Shown: positions 39,372 to 54,011 of the stretch, piece after piece
Position numbering within the stretch: position 1 is the first letter of the stretch
Layout of the letters: every line of letters begins with the position of its first letter
Origin: Octopus vulgaris
Taxonomy: Eukaryota
Assembly: GCA_951406725.2 (NCBI GenBank)
Contig: OX597833.1
Coordinates: forward strand, 44,268,001 to 44,332,000
Length of the DNA: 64,000 bases
Direction of reading: 5' to 3'
Program-made: the position numbers and the translations under genes
Notes under the pieces: generated by a model
Seen by the model: the letters and a program-made list of their open reading frames with translations, nothing else
Databases searched by the model: none
What the model was told of the DNA's origin: nothing

Positions 39372-39491
39372 TATGGACTCACACGTTCACCGTGCATAGG
39401 TCTCTATATACACAAAGAAGAAGGTCGAGTGTATATATGATACTAACCGGGTGGTTTCTGTTACTTTTTCGTTTTCGTTTTTGCAAGATCC

Positions 39492-39571
39492 TTAATGAAG
39501 ATTACCCATAAAAAGCAGGATTGCAGCAAATGTTAAAATTTTCGTAATTATATCCGCACCATTCAATTTAT
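39492..39571 (-). CDS. Terminal exon (GPI-anchor-like signal) of gene copy C
   Basis: Acceptor ttttcctctctattacag. Reads (D)KLNGADIITKILTFAAILLFMGNLH*, the same peptide as B with three synonymous changes. Confidence 0.78.
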
Positions 39572-39914
39572 CTGTAATAGAGAGGAAAAGATATATTCCT
39601 TCACAAATTTGGTATAATGTTAGAAATTTCAGAAGAGAGGAAAATCGAATAGGTCGACACCAGTACTTGATTGATACTTATTTTATTGAACCCGATAGAG
39701 TAGAAGACAAATTCGGGGGAATTTGAAATCAGAAAGTAAGCCACACAAAATACCTCCAAGCATTTTTTCCGGCGTCCAATGATTCTGCCAGCTCACCGCC
39801 TCAGAAAAAATAATCAATAATATTGGGGATTTATATAAAGATGTGTAAACAATAAATTAGCAACATCAAGAAATCAGAACAAAATTCTACATTAAAAGGG
39901 AAATACTACTCAGG

Positions 39915-40620
39915 GATAACAAAGACCCCCACAGATCCTGAGTCACCCTGTTCACCATAGCCATTCTTTTGCACTGCTAGGCAAGCGATTAATAGATTCA
40001 TAGAACCTAGCTTCGGAAAAGACGAGCCAGTAGGTCTTCATCGGCATCCAGAATTTCCTTGAGGTCGTTGTCGCTTTTACTGACCACTAATTTTCAATAG
40101 AATGTCTTGCTGTAACATACACAGACCATATTATCTGGTTGACAGGGGGCTGTGGGCACCTAATGACAAAATAGGTGCCGGGCACAATGCCTCGGCATAT
40201 AGTTGATCCAAGACTGCAGCTTTGAGAAAGAGACGAGCTTCGGAAAAGCACGTCTAGCAAACGGTGACCGTATTTAATCACTGTGAAGAAAATGCTGGAG
40301 ATGTCGTATCCTCAGCGTGTATCTGCGCGTAGTTAGTCACTGCATACGGCGCTGTTCTCCACGCAGCGAATATTAACATTACATTCGCCATCTGAAAAGC
40401 GGAACACGTCCCCTCCACATAAAACGGAAGAGCAAATATCTTATGGCAGCGAAGAGAAAGTACTGTACATGACGTCATATCTTCTCTGTTATTGTCTATC
40501 TAAAGGCCTACACTGAAGCAACCCCTGAGCAATTTGGCCGGCCTGTCAATCCAGCTCCTCAAGAAACTGACGGAAGGCATTGGCCAACAAATCAATTACC
40601 GAGCTGCAAGTTCAATGCGT
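39915..40620 (-). mobile_element. L1/Tx1-like LINE relic
   Basis: FRFMWRGRVPL and TLRIRHL post-RT patterns. A shortened version is at 16480-16660. Confidence 0.4.
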
Positions 40621-40719
40621 TCTCTTGGTTAATACATAATACTAATATATATTTGAAAGTCTATAAGAATTACGTAATTCAATTTTAGAAGTGTAAAGGT
40701 GATTTTTAAAGAATTATTT

Positions 40720-42000
40720 TTTAAAAAATGATATAAAATCTTTCATGAGGATGTTACTAAGCTTTGTTGGGAATTTTTTTTATCTAATGTCTGAGGGGTT
40801 TCGTTAAACTTTTCCAAACACATGCGCTCTTAAAGCGGAAGTTGTTATTTTTGTGGTAATGGTAGTATTATTTCCGGTTTATTTTCGGACTTTTGATTTT
40901 GGTTATAGATATTCTTTTATTATTGTTTATTATATGGTGTGTTGGCAATTTTAGGTTTAATTTCGGATTTAGAATTCTTATAAAGTATTCTTCTTTTGCT
41001 TTCGTAGCTGTACATTTCCATCGTTTATTTTGTAAAATCAGAATATTTTAAATTTTCCATTTGCACAGATATCTAGTTATTCACAACATAGGACATTCCT
41101 AAGAGATTAATCCCTAATTCATTGTTTATACGCATTTACACAGCTGGTCAGTTTCCTACCCGTCTCTCCAATGTAGTTTCCATCGCATTGTGGACATGTA
41201 ATGCAGCAGATGAGTTTTTATTGTTTTGCAGTTCACTTTTTGTTTGCATTCACTTTTAATTCCTTCTCATTCTTGAGTCTTTTGGTTGTGTCTTGCTCAA
41301 TTAATTTGCATGTTCCACAAAGAAGGTGTCCACAGCTGATTACTTGCATCGTTTCTTTTTCAAATGTGAATCTCGCTTTTCTTAGGAGTCTCTTGAGGTT
41401 AGGTGGTTTTCTTTGATTGTTGATAATCTGTGATTTAAAATTATTCGCTGAAGATTTGGTGATTGATGTAGAATATTGGGAGGTGTTATTTGGCATAGTG
41501 CAGGATGCTGTGGTTTCTCGGATTGTAGGTAACTGCACATAGAATATTTGTATTTGTATTTTTATTTTCACACTTCACCTGAATGTTTCTCCGTAAGGTA
41601 GAGATCGGGATTTAATTTGATTTTGTTATGGCATGCTGAATTAACTTGTTGGGATATTTTGGTTTCTGAAGGAATATATAAAGTTCTTCCAGTTGTTTCT
41701 CTCGTCTAACAGTATCTGTAACAATTGAGCATATGCGCCTTCCAATGTTAAATGGTATGTTTCTTTTTCTATAAGAAAAGTGGCAAGATCTAATATCTTA
41801 ATATTGGTCTGTGTTCTTGTAGCAGAGGTCAGTTGTAACTCTCATTATCTTTAATTATTAGGATGTCCAGAAAGGGTAGTTCCTTTTCATTCACTTCCTT
41901 TGTGAATAGGATTGAGACATGAATGCTATTTGTTAATTTAAGTAATTTTGTAAGGCCCTTCTAATTTCGATTCAAAAATATAAAACAGCTATTTAAGGAT
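40720..42000 (-). mobile_element. Penelope/Poseidon-type RT-thumb + GIY-YIG relic
   Basis: SIHVSILFTKEVNEKELPFLDILI, RNIPFNIGRRICSIV, PPNLKRLLRKARF, CGHLLCGTCKLI, CPQCDGNYIGETGR. Confidence 0.8.
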
Positions 42001-42338
42001 CTTTTGTTTGCCGAGAATTACCCGAATGTCGGTTGATTGTTTCGTAGTTCTCGGAGGAATTTGTTCATATTCTGTTTGAATGCTACGAAGTCGTATTATT
42101 TTTATTTGTTTCGGAATCATGTTAAACAAGGCAGGAACCCTTCAGTAAAAGAAAAACTAATTGTAGTGCAATTCGTAATGTTCTCATGTGATATGAACTT
42201 GGCTTTTGTCGGAAATATGTATGGCTCGGGGACCGAGACATTAGTAAATATCTTCTACAAGAGTCCAATGATATCCAATGCCTTTTAAGTCAGTTTGGTC
42301 GACGGAAAATTTGTTGAAGTCTTTCGTGTATATATATA

Positions 42339-42558
<220 letters not shown>

Positions 42559-43046
42559 TATATGTATGTGTGACAAAGAGAGACAGAGAAAGAGAGAAAG
42601 AGAGTGAGAGAGAGAGCGTATACATGTATATGTTTATCATTCGTTCCCCACAATCACTTGAGAACCTGTGTTGGTTTGTTTACATCCTTGTAGCTTTGCA
42701 GTTCGGCAGTAGAGAGGGTTATAATAAGCACTGGTGTCCATTTGTTCGACGAAGACTTTGCACGGCCACGGTGAAATAAGTGAAAGAAGCAAAAGTTAAA
42801 ATATAAAGGATACCTGCAATAGCTTTTCCTTCGATTGCTGGCCGCAACTCTCCTAGAAGAAAATATAATAAATTAGAAACAAAATAGTATTTAGAAACAC
42901 AATATTTGATATATTGTTAGTTTTTTTTTCCAAACTGGAAAGTGAAATCGAAGCAAAATGTGTGTATGCGTGCATGCGAGCGTGTGTGTGTGTATGTATG
43001 TATGTGTTGTGTGTGTGTGTGTGTGTGTGTGTGCGTTTGTGTGTTT

Positions 43047-43156
<110 letters not shown>

Positions 43157-46100
43157 CAATAGAGCTACAATCGAAAGGTACAATCAAATTTCGATCTGGA
43201 ACTGAAATTCAATCAATAACTTTTATCTCGTTCTTTTGTATAAAACTTTAATAAGATTAATTTGAAAAGATGTTCTTTGTAGAAAGCGTTCTTTTATATT
43301 TGTCTTTAGGGGTCACGCTATATTTTCCTACCGCTAGCTCATGGACTTTAAAATATGAACTAGTACCTACTTCATGTCAGACGAATCGAAGCATAGTTGT
43401 GTTAAATTGCTGGAGCCAGTCGAATTACGTTGTTGATCATATGAACATACCTGATAATTTTTAGCTACGATCAAAATTTCCTGTTGCAGCCAACTTTATT
43501 TTTTGTTCAGACATGTTTTATATTAACCAGAGTTATGCCATTTTTTAAAAATGATAAGATGTGACTGGAGGGAAATCTTTTGGGGTGGGGTTAGTCTTCT
43601 TTTTTTACCAGTAGGACTTCGTCCAATGTAACTTCCTTTTCTAAGACGACAGAATGGAATGGGTTTCAGAGAGAGTTAGTTGTTGTTTAGCACATAGAAA
43701 CTCCTAGTGACGCAGAATATGTTGTGGTTATATAAAATAAGTTCGAATTACGCCAAAGTCGACTTTCCCCTTACTCTTGCTGTCTAACCTCAGTTCAATC
43801 CTGCTCAAACAGATCCATAGTCAATGATATTGTGGTATGCACCAGCATAACAAACGGCGCGATTGAAAACAACAACAAGAATACCAGTAAACACTTACGT
43901 AGTCAAATGTTATTGTATAGTTTATTAAGTAAAGTCAATCGTTCGCAAGTGTTATTTCAAAAACGAAAACTATGAATATATAACACTTTGATTAAAGAAA
44001 TAAAGCATTGTGACATTTTGTTCACAAGATGGTTACTACCATTTCACAATCTATCATATAGTTACAAAAAAAACAAAAAAAAACAAAACAAAGAGATTAA
44101 CGTACTTGTACCTCACCAAAATCAAATATGGAGGTTTTTTGTTTAACCTATGGTAGATTTGGGGACAGTTTTGCCCAACTGTTCAATTGACACCCCCTTT
44201 AGTATGGGAAGGAGGACGTACGAACACTATTTATGTGTCATCTTCAGAATAGAGGACGCAAACCCAAAATATACGAGTCACACCCACCTCTAATCTTGCC
44301 CCTCAATATTGAGGACTGAGAGAACAAAGCCACCATCAAGGACATTGCTGGCAACTTTGAGACCTAGCTCGTACTAACTTTTGTTGAACAAAATTGGCAC
44401 GCTGATCCATGCCAGACTAAATTTCGGTGATATATGTTTGGGAGTAATTCCTCAGAACTCTCCAAGATCACAAAACGATATCAAATTTGTCTATGGCAGA
44501 AAAGAATGTGAAGAAGGACTTAAAGCTCATCATTTAGGGCGGTGAGATCGGCTAATAAACACGTGGCAGATAGATCCACTTCAAGGCTTTCTGTTCTGAA
44601 GACTTGAAAGAAAAACAAAATCAACCGCCTCAAATAATGGAAGATGCTGGTCATATCTTGGTACTAAATACAAGTCGTTAAAATTGATAATCCTCTCTTC
44701 GTTGTCAGGCACTAGTCAAGGGATCGAAGAATTCTCTCTCTCCTCCAACCACAATCCGTGTAAACATTGAGAGTCATGAAGGACGGTAATAGCAGGAACC
44801 GAAATGAATAGGAAGTCACACTTCACAATAATATTATGGGAACTAAAAACTAGAGGCAGGCAGACGTTTTCGAAAACATAGAATAATGATCACCCCGAAT
44901 AAAAACAATTGAAAAATCATTAAGGCCTCCGAAATGCACATCTCCTATGAAAGAACCGACCTTTAGTGAAGAATCAAGCGAGAACTGAAAGAGTATATAT
45001 ATGTATGTGTGTATGTGTTTGCGCGCACACATCTACCTGTGTGTGTGTGCATGTGTGAGTGTGTTAGTGTGTGTGTTGAGTTTTTGTGTGTGTGTGTCTG
45101 CGTGTGTGCGTGTGTAGGCATGTATGTATCTATGTATAAAGAGAAAATTCACTTTTCTTTGCTTGTACGGGGCCATTCCACTACAGGTAGATTTTATTCA
45201 ACCCATAATAAATGGAATGTATTTGTGGATGCATGGCTCTGACAGGAAGCAGTTTCTAATATCAACTACATGTGAGCCTTGTCCATCGTATCTTAATTCT
45301 AGGTATATATCAGAGATGATATGTTGTGGATCGAAGGCGATTTTGGTGCTATGTATACCATATCGATTGATACTGTGAGTGATGTGCTTGTTTGCTTATA
45401 TAAGTAAAAATGGATGGGTCTCATCTGCAGGTTATGCTTGCATGCAGAAGTGCTAGATACTACACACATGTGTAACAAGAACCACTCAGAAAGCTTATAC
45501 TCTTAACAAGGAGGAGAGTGGGGATCGCACTGCCGCCAGCACCACAACCATAACAACATCTACACCAAGAACAGCAGTAATTTCATCAACAGGAGCAGCG
45601 GTGGAGTCTAGCAGCTCAGTTCATGGATGAGCAACTCCACTACCATCAACACGATAACAAAAGTCAAAACAAGGTTATCAACAATAACAACTAAACGCAG
45701 AGTAAAACACAGACGCCGAACCCCGAGCCCCTCCTCATCAACACTGCTTATAGTGGCGGTGATGTTGGCCATAGGAAGCGAAATCATCCTTGCAAAGGTG
45801 GGGATTCGATGAACACCTTTCGAAAACTACCACAAATGGGCTATTAATTTAAACTAGCACAAGCACATGTATCGAACTAAAAATATATTCTATAAAAATA
45901 AGGGTTTCAGGATGAAGTAAGTGTTTCTGGACAACAGAAGCTTAGAAAGGTTTTTATTGTTTTTTTCCACCTCACTTGACAAGAGGGCCTTTCTCGAAAA
46001 ATATAGCGAGTGGCATTTCCAGATTTACCCTTAGATGTCGGTCGATTTAGATTAGATCCATAAAGAGAAACTCGGTTAGAGGAAGCTGAATGTATGCTTA

Positions 46101-47332
46101 TCGGCGCGCAAAACTTCAGGGTTAGGCTTAGCGAATTCGCTAAGCGATATTTAATGGAAATAATCGTCAGCAACCGCTGGTGAAACACTCTGAAGAGTTC
46201 AGTAGATCAGTATCGTGAACGTTTAGTAAATCAGTAATGATAGAGAGGAATAAATTGAGATGAGATCTAGTGAGTAATCTAGAAGAGGCTATTAATAAAG
46301 TGACAGGCTAGCAGCAGGAATAGGCATCATTTATTTCTATTCATGAAAATGTTGTATTGACAAAGTTGTGTTCGTGTGCTAAAAGAAAGAAGAATCGAAG
46401 GCTGTCCGATAGAACCAAACAGTGAAAATAGGATGTAAAAGAAAAACCAAAATCCAAACATTGTTTTGAACCATCGCATTCATAGTTCCCAGCTTTTTAC
46501 CATGACTGCCATAAACAAACCCAGGTGATTGTGTCTCAGCCAATCAGATCCATTGGTGAGTCAAAAATCATGTCAAATGACTTACATAGAATGTTCTAGA
46601 ACTGTGCCGACGAAATATTAAAGACGAACAAACCTAAAGAAACGGACCGACATCAGATTCTACAAGGGGTTATGTCGTTTTCTCTATCTTCAAATATTAA
46701 CAACAGTGGGAGACACCAAGGATTTATGTTGGTAAATCTCATGTTTCTTCAACTTAATCTCTCCTCTTCTGTTATGCATTATTTTGGTGTTATATATCAG
46801 CACGTTAAACTAACTAAATGTTTGTTTATTCGTTAATTCTAAAATGTCATCTCTGTACCTGGTTAAATAAACAAAATGAAATATTATATTCAATTTTGAG
46901 TGATGTTAAGAATTAAACACGAAGCACATGTTCTCTATTGTCGATTCTTAATTAGCTGCATCACAATCTCGCTAAAATATCAACCCCGCTCCTTTCAACC
47001 TTACAAGGACTGCTTTCCCCTCAATCAATTTCCGAAAGAGTCAGACCTTTTACCTCGCAACTACTTCCAAATCAATCTGGAAATCTAAATCGAACCAAAA
47101 CCTTCGAAATCTAATCATCTAATCAATAGGGAGTAGACCATTTTGGTTTGTTTTGTATCCTATACTATAATGGTGACATCGTCCTCTAATGCAGATACGA
47201 TACTTCTTACATAACTAAGTCTTTCAAAATATCCAACTTCTATTAGTAAAGATGTGAGGTTACATAGCAACAGCAACATTAACAGAATAAGTGAAAACGC
47301 AAACCAAAGTGACACAAAGGGCATTTGCTCAC

Positions 47333-47635
47333 CTGTTGCGAGGATTGGTATATTAAGTGTTTTGCCGAACACTAAACACGAGATCACTGTGACGTCAAGG
47401 TCGTCCTTTTTTACAGTGTAATTAAAAGTTGACTCTATTAGAGCATAACATTTGCCAGCAGTTGAAACATTTACATAAAGTTTATGTTCAGTTTTGCCGC
47501 GAAAACTGTTTTCAATCCAAAGAAAGGCATGATGATCAAAAGGTGAACCGGCATATGCACTACATCTGAAGGTCGATGTCTTGTCAACTGCAAAGGGAGG
47601 GTTAAGATGTAATAGTTCCTTTATGTGAGGATGTA
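47333..47635 (-). CDS. Ig domain 2 exon of gene copy C
   Basis: 303 nt, phase 1-1, acceptor ttcttttcag, donor gtgagc. Reads VHPHIKELLHLNPPFAVDKTSTFRCSAYAGSP..W..KCY..ISCLVFGKT. Confidence 0.85.
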
Positions 47636-47953
47636 CTGAAAAGAAAAACAAATTAACATTTGTTAATTTTAGAATAATAGATCTTTTAGGAAAATATATT
47701 CAGTGGTTTCACTGATATAAACTACAATCTTCATACTCAAACAAAGAGTATAACAATACTCAAACTATCTGTGAAGCTAAGCCCTTTGAAATCCTGCCTC
47801 TAAGTGTTCAACTATATAACTTTTTAATAAAGGCAGGTGCTAGAGCAGTGTGGACCCGAGTGAATAGTAATAACCATACAAGCTTATGAATAACACATTC
47901 ATACACATTTATACTTATATAAAAATATATACATATATTCTTATATATATATG

Positions 47954-47995
<42 letters not shown>

Positions 47996-47996
<1 letters not shown>

Positions 47997-49251
47997 GAGG
48001 GGCGTTCAATAAGTAATGTCCCTGACCCACTTCCAATAGCAGTAGAGCAACGAAACTTGGCACAGTTATTAGTCTTTTTCTACATAGGAATCACCCAGAG
48101 TTACGCATTTCTCCCATCTTTTGATGCAGCTCTGGACACCGTTTTTGTAGAAGACCCCAGCTTGGTCCTCCAATCACGAGGTGACTTCACAAATCAAAAC
48201 TGCATCATCTGGGAAACGTTTTCCTTTGAAAAACAACCTCATGGCTGGGAAGAAGTGAAAATCAGAGGGTGAAAGGTCTGAGAGTAGGAGGGATGGGGGA
48301 GGAGTTCATAGCTGCACGTCTGTGCTTCTGATCTGGCGACAAGCGAGTTGTGGACCGGAGCGTTGTCCTGCAGGAGGAGGATGCCTTTGCTGATCTTTCC
48401 CCGCCTCTGAATTTCCTCAAAAGTGAAGCATAATAGGCTCCTGTAACTGTGGTACCCTTTGCCATGAAATCTGTCATCACTACTCCGTCCTGGTCCCAGA
48501 AGACTGTGAGCAGGAGGGCTGCACATTTGCCTTCTTTGGAGGAAGTGAGTCACGGTGCTTCCACTGCATTGACTGGGCTTTGGTATCTGGATCTTAGTGA
48601 TGGACCCAGGTTTCATCCTGTGTAATCAGTCTTTTGAAAAATTTTGACTCATCTTCTTGGCACATCTCCAAATTCATCTTCGAGCACTCGACGCGTTCTT
48701 GCTTCTGGAAAGGTGTGAGCAACCTGGGAATCCATCTGGCAGACACCTTTTGCATATGCAAATGGTCATGAATGATAGTTTCCAAGGACCCGGTACTAAT
48801 CTTGACCTCATGGGCTATTTGGCGAATAGTTATGCGTCGATCTTCCAAAATGGCAACCTCAACTTGACGGACAGATGCCTCATCAATAGCAGAAGAGGGG
48901 CGACCAGATGTGGGAGCTGTTTCCACAGAGTTCCGACCATGTTTGAATTCACGATGCCAGCGTTTTACAAGGTCATATGATGGGGCATCATCACCATAAG
49001 TTACTTTCATTTCATCAAAAGTCTACCGTGGTGTGCGCCCTTTCAAATACAAAAACCGGATCACTGCTCGACACTCAACAGGCTCCATTTCACACTTGAC
49101 TTAGTTCAAACACCTGTAAATCAGAACCCACAATTAGTTCAGAGCTGTAATTTGTCACTTACTAGAGATATCAATAATTACACATGCAAAATTTCAGCTA
49201 GATCAAACAACTGCAAGTGGGTCAGGGGCATTACTTATTGAACGCCCCTCG
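47996..49251 (-). mobile_element. Mariner transposon, near full length, transposase disrupted
   Basis: TIRs CGAGGGGCGTTCAATAAGTAATG at both ends within (TA)n. Motifs WIPRLL, DETWVHH, QDNAPVH, ELLPHPSYS, with frameshifts and deletions. Absent from the paralogous (TA)n in unit B (~22760). Confidence 0.95.
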
Positions 49252-51486
49252 TATATATATATATATATATATAAAAGTAAATAAATAGAAAGCAATACTC
49301 TCGTATTGCATTACTATTTTATATATATATATCATATCATATATATATATAGTATAAATATCAATGTCTGTGTGTTCGTGTGTTCATGTGTTACTTATAC
49401 ACTCGAAAACTACTGTACCGACCCTAATGAAATTTGGAACACTAAATGCAAGCCTAGTGAGAAGGGTTATGTTATATGTTTCATACAATTTTGAGGGGGT
49501 GTAAAGGAGGAGATAGAACCCCACCCCGCCCCGTCAAAATTCTTATGCTTCCGATTTTTATTAAATTTGACCCCTAGGTATTAGAAATAAATTTTAAAAT
49601 ATACCCAAAATTGACATTTCTTTGGATGATTCTAAAACCACCTAATGCGGGCTTAACCCCCAAATATCAGTCCTTTTTTATGGACCAAAATTACTGGATG
49701 GATCCTTAGGATATTTAGAACTTTGATTCAATGCATAAGGGCAAGTATAATGCGGTATGTTTGGTTTGAATTTGTGAGGCTTAAAGGGGGCAGAACCTTC
49801 CATGAAAATTCATAAATTTCTGTTGTTGATGAAATTTCAACCATAGGCAATTGTCATAAATCAAGAAGTATTCCGAAAGTTACCACTTCTTATGAAGATT
49901 CTAAGACCCCATAATGGGGTTAACTCCCAAATTTTAGTCATTTTTTAATGATCCAAGACAAGGTCAAAAGTACTGAATGGATCTTTATGAAATTTAGAAA
50001 TTATATTCTATAATGTAAAGCAGTATAAGCTTGAAAGTGAGTGGCTATAACCCTCATAAAAATTCATATATTTTTACTGTTGATGAAAATTTAACCATAG
50101 ATATTAGACACAAATGAATGTATATTCCTAAAATTTCAACTACTTAGGAGATTAGTAAGACCCCTTAATGGGGGCTTAACTCCCACAATTTAGTCATTTT
50201 TCCTAAGCTTAAGTGAATACAATTGTAGTTTTGGAAACTGTAGAGTCACCCGGGAATACAAGATGAGCGTTATTTGTAATTCGACGTTACACCAGTGTAA
50301 GAGTTTGCTTTGAGATATACTTAGATTGTGTTTTCTGCAATGTGTGCGTAAATTGTCAAGTAAAGGAGAGGCATCTTTGCCTGCACTGGTTTCGTTGCAA
50401 AGTGTTTTTTTGAGCATAGTTAATTGGTTGTAGACCTCCTTTACGGCTTTTTATTATCACTGAGTCAGAGACAGTCCCCAGATGGTGTCATTGATTTCAA
50501 GGCCTTTCCAGATAAGTGATTGGTCATTCAGAGACACTTATAGGTTGCAAATGTCTGTTCAGTTACCTATCGGCATATTGATTATTGGCAAACTCCAGAG
50601 GTGACACTTTCATTTCCCCTTACCCCTCACGTCACACAGTTGTTATTGTTTATTTGAGTTGGGTCACTCCCTTCCAATAAGTGATCTCGTCTATAACACT
50701 CAGAGGAGCTGACAACAGATGAACTCCTGCAACTTCAGAAGCAACAACATTTGGATGCGGTGGAAGGGATTGGTTCCTCGGAGGAACACAGTCTGGAGGG
50801 AATGTTATCACTACGAGTGTCATAAATGCAGTGTTGGTAAAGTTGCAGTATTTTTTTCTGAATTTGTAGAAAAATATTATCTTGAAAAAGTAACTGCAGG
50901 TCATTCAGCTGCTTTATTCAGTGACACTGCACCGGCGCATTTTCTTGCATTTTGAAAGGCAGTAAAAAGTAGACTTCTTTTGATATATTTCTAATGAAAC
51001 GACCTTCAAGTGTAAAAAGTGAAGAAAGTGTGTCCCGAAATGTTAAATTTATCGAAGTGAGACAGAAAATGCCAGAGGTTGTTCTTTATGAAGTCTTAAT
51101 GGAAGGAGATTCTCCTTCCCAACAGTAATTCTCCTCCCCTCTCTATCGTCTTCCTCACGCATATATCGTCCCATTTTAATAAAGAAATAATATATCGTCC
51201 CATTTTGAAGATATTTCAGCTAATAAAATCTGTTTGCATATTTCTTTTACATTCTCTATTTTATAATTGTCATTTTAATTGGAAGTACACCTTTTCTGTC
51301 TTAAAACTCATAAAAAATTGTTTTTGGATGGTTTGGCGGGCCTGGAACGGATTAATTATATTGCAGTTAATTTCAATGGGGAAAAGTGATTTGTAAAACG
51401 AGTAAATTGCACAACTGTTACTGTACACAATACGTAGATTATTTCTGCAATAGAAAATACAAAACCAGAGTAAATATTGCACATAT

Positions 51487-51900
51487 AGACGTAGGAGTGG
51501 CTCTGTGGTAAGTAGCTTGCTTACCAGCCACATGGTCCCGGGTTCTGTCCCACTGCGTGGCAACTTGGGCGAGTGTCTTCTATTATAGCCTCGGGCCAAC
51601 CAAAGCCTTATGAGTGGATTTGGTAGACGGAAACTGAAAGAAGCCCGTCGTATATATGTATGTATATATATATATATGTGTGTGTGTGTGTTTGTGTGTC
51701 TGTTTGTCCTCCCAACATCGCTTGACAACCGATGCTGGTGTTTTTACGTCCCCGTAACTTAGCGGTTTGGCAAAAGAGATCGATAGAATAAGTACTAGGC
51801 TTCCAAAGAATAAGTCCTGGGGTCGATTTGCTCGACTAAAGGCGGTGCTCCAGCATGGCCACAGTCAAATGACTGAAACAAGTAAAAAGAGTAAAAAAAA
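51487..51900 (+). mobile_element. Octopus-type CORE-like SINE, specific to unit C
   Basis: Same family as 13979-14370. It interrupts sequence that is contiguous in unit B (~24865). Confidence 0.85.
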
Positions 51901-52014
51901 TATAGAGAGCATATGAAATGCTACAAATCTGTTCCCGATAGTGCAGTAGAAACACGCAATAGAGATAAAAGTAATGATATTGGGGCTGAAACAAATAGAA
52001 CTAGTAAAACTCAC

Positions 52015-52332
52015 CTCTCAGAAGTTTAGGTTTTGTAGATTCTAAAGGTGTATTACATTTGTAGAATCCCAAATCCTTGCAGGAGGATGGCAGCTTCATG
52101 CAGCTAATCTCAATTAAATCATCAGTCATTGTACAATTGAAATCTTTCTCCTCGGTTGTTTTCTCAAAGACACCATTCTCCTTGTTGTGTATAAATTTTG
52201 CAATGGTAATTTTCTGATCTTTCATCAGAGAAATCTCAGTAACATTATCTACATCACTCCTACATGTTATAGTTAATAGACTATATAATTCAAAATTAAT
52301 ACCATCAGCAAGGGTTATCTCTATTTCAACAA
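52015..52332 (-). CDS. Ig domain 1 exon of gene copy C
   Basis: 318 nt, phase 1-1, acceptor ttttttcctacacag, donor gtgagt. Contains LTITC and CKDLGFYKC. Confidence 0.85.
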
Positions 52333-52413
52333 CTGTGTAGGAAAAAAAGGAAAAAGAATGAATCAGAGGAAGTGTTTGTAGTAATACATAACTGCATTTA
52401 CAGAACGACTTCA

Positions 52414-53240
52414 GAGAAGAAGAAGAAGAGGAAGAAGAAGAAGGAGGAGGAGGAGGAGGAGTAGGGGTTGGAGGTGAAGAAGAAGAAGAAGAAGAAGAAG
52501 AAGAAAAAGAAAAAGAAGAACAAGAAGAACAAGAAAAAGAAAAAGAAGAAGAAAAAGAAGAAAAAGAAGAACAAGAAGAACAAGAAAAAGAAAAAGAAGA
52601 AGAAGAAGAAGAAGAAGAAGAAGAAAAAGAAAAAGAAGAAGAAGAAAAAGAAGAAGAAAGAAAAGAAAAAGAAGAAGAAGAAAAAGAGGAGGAAGAAAGA
52701 AAAGAAAAAGAAGAAGAAGAAAAGGAAGAAGAAGAAGATGAAGAAGAAGAAGGAGAAGAAAAAGAAGAAGGAGAAGAAGAAGAAGAAGAAGAAGAAGAAG
52801 AAGAAGAAAAAGAGGAAGGAGAAGAAGCAGTAGAAGAAAAAGAAGAAGAAGAAGAAGAAGAAGAAAAAGAGGAAGAAGAAGAAGAAGAGGAATAAAAAGA
52901 AGAAGAAGCAGTAGAAGAAAAGAAGAAGAAGAAGAAGAAGAAGCAGTAGAAGAAAAGAAGAAGAAGAAGAAGAAGAAGAAGAAGAAGAAGAAGCAGAAGA
53001 AGAAGAAGAGGAAGGAGAAAGAGAAGGGGAAGAAAAGAAAAAAGAGTTAGAAAGAGAAGAAGAAGAAACAGAAGAACAAGAACAAGAACGAGAAAAGGAA
53101 GAAAGAAGAAGAAAAGAAGAAAAAAAAGAAGAAGAAAGAGAAGAAAAAGAAGAAGAAGAAGAAGAAGAAGAAGAAGAAGAAGAAGAAGAAGAAGAAAAAG
53201 AAAAAAGAAGAACAAAGAGAAGAAAAAGAAGAAAAAGAGG
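52414..53240. repeat. (GAA)n-rich polypurine tract, expanded relative to unit B
   Basis: ~830 bp of GAA/GAAAAA variants. Confidence 0.95.
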
Positions 53241-53241
53241 T

Positions 53242-53963
53242 TTGTAGCGTGTGATCGTCACATTGACAATGACAGAGGAAGTTAAGCAGATATCTGCATC
53301 AAATTTTGCCAAAAGTTTGGTGATACTTAGAAGCTTATGCAAATTTTTTAAAAGGTCTTCATCATTCTCGACACAATCAAGATGTTGTGCAATTGAAATC
53401 TAAGTGTCTTTCGTAACTTGTTTATTATATCATATAATTTTATATCATATCGTCTTATATTATATCATACCATCTGTATATATAAATCACAGAATGTGCG
53501 TGTATATTGACTAACGTATACATTTCCACAAATCTCAACGATTTGGCCAGCTGATATCAGTTTTGGCACAAACTTGGCAGATATGCATCTCATACCCAAA
53601 TATTCAGTGATAATGGACTGAACTGAACCATAATTAATCTGCACATCCTCTGATAACTCACGAATGGGGACTCGACGATTTCCCCTCACGTCTCATACAC
53701 TCCTCTCCATACACTTTCTGCAACTTTGCGTTGGCCTCTGAGCATGTATCGCCATGGCTACGTTCTCTTTCATGGTCAATTCGACGATCACACGTTTTTA
53801 ACCACCTTCATTCTAAACACTGTTGTAAACAGCGGAAGTGAGCTAGAACGTTAAAATATAGTGCGCGTGCTCAACAAAAGTCAATCTTTGCTAAGAGGTT
53901 TGACTTTGCGTGCTTTAGCTTCGTTACTACAACAACAGTCTGGATACCACTGATCAGACCTCG
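53242..53963 (-). mobile_element. Mariner fragments (family of 1438-2282)
   Basis: Terminal GATCAGACCTCG|TA at 53963. Reads RRVPIRELSEDVQINYGSVQSIITEYLGMRCISAKFVPKL. A small oppositely oriented piece is at 53242-53345. Confidence 0.8.

Positions 53964-54011
<48 letters not shown>

Noticed and set aside
52001-53342. 404-aa and 314-aa poly-F/S/L ORFs (also 25346-25870)
   Set aside because: Products of the (GAA)n tract. Only the 318-nt spliced Ig1 exon within them is credible.
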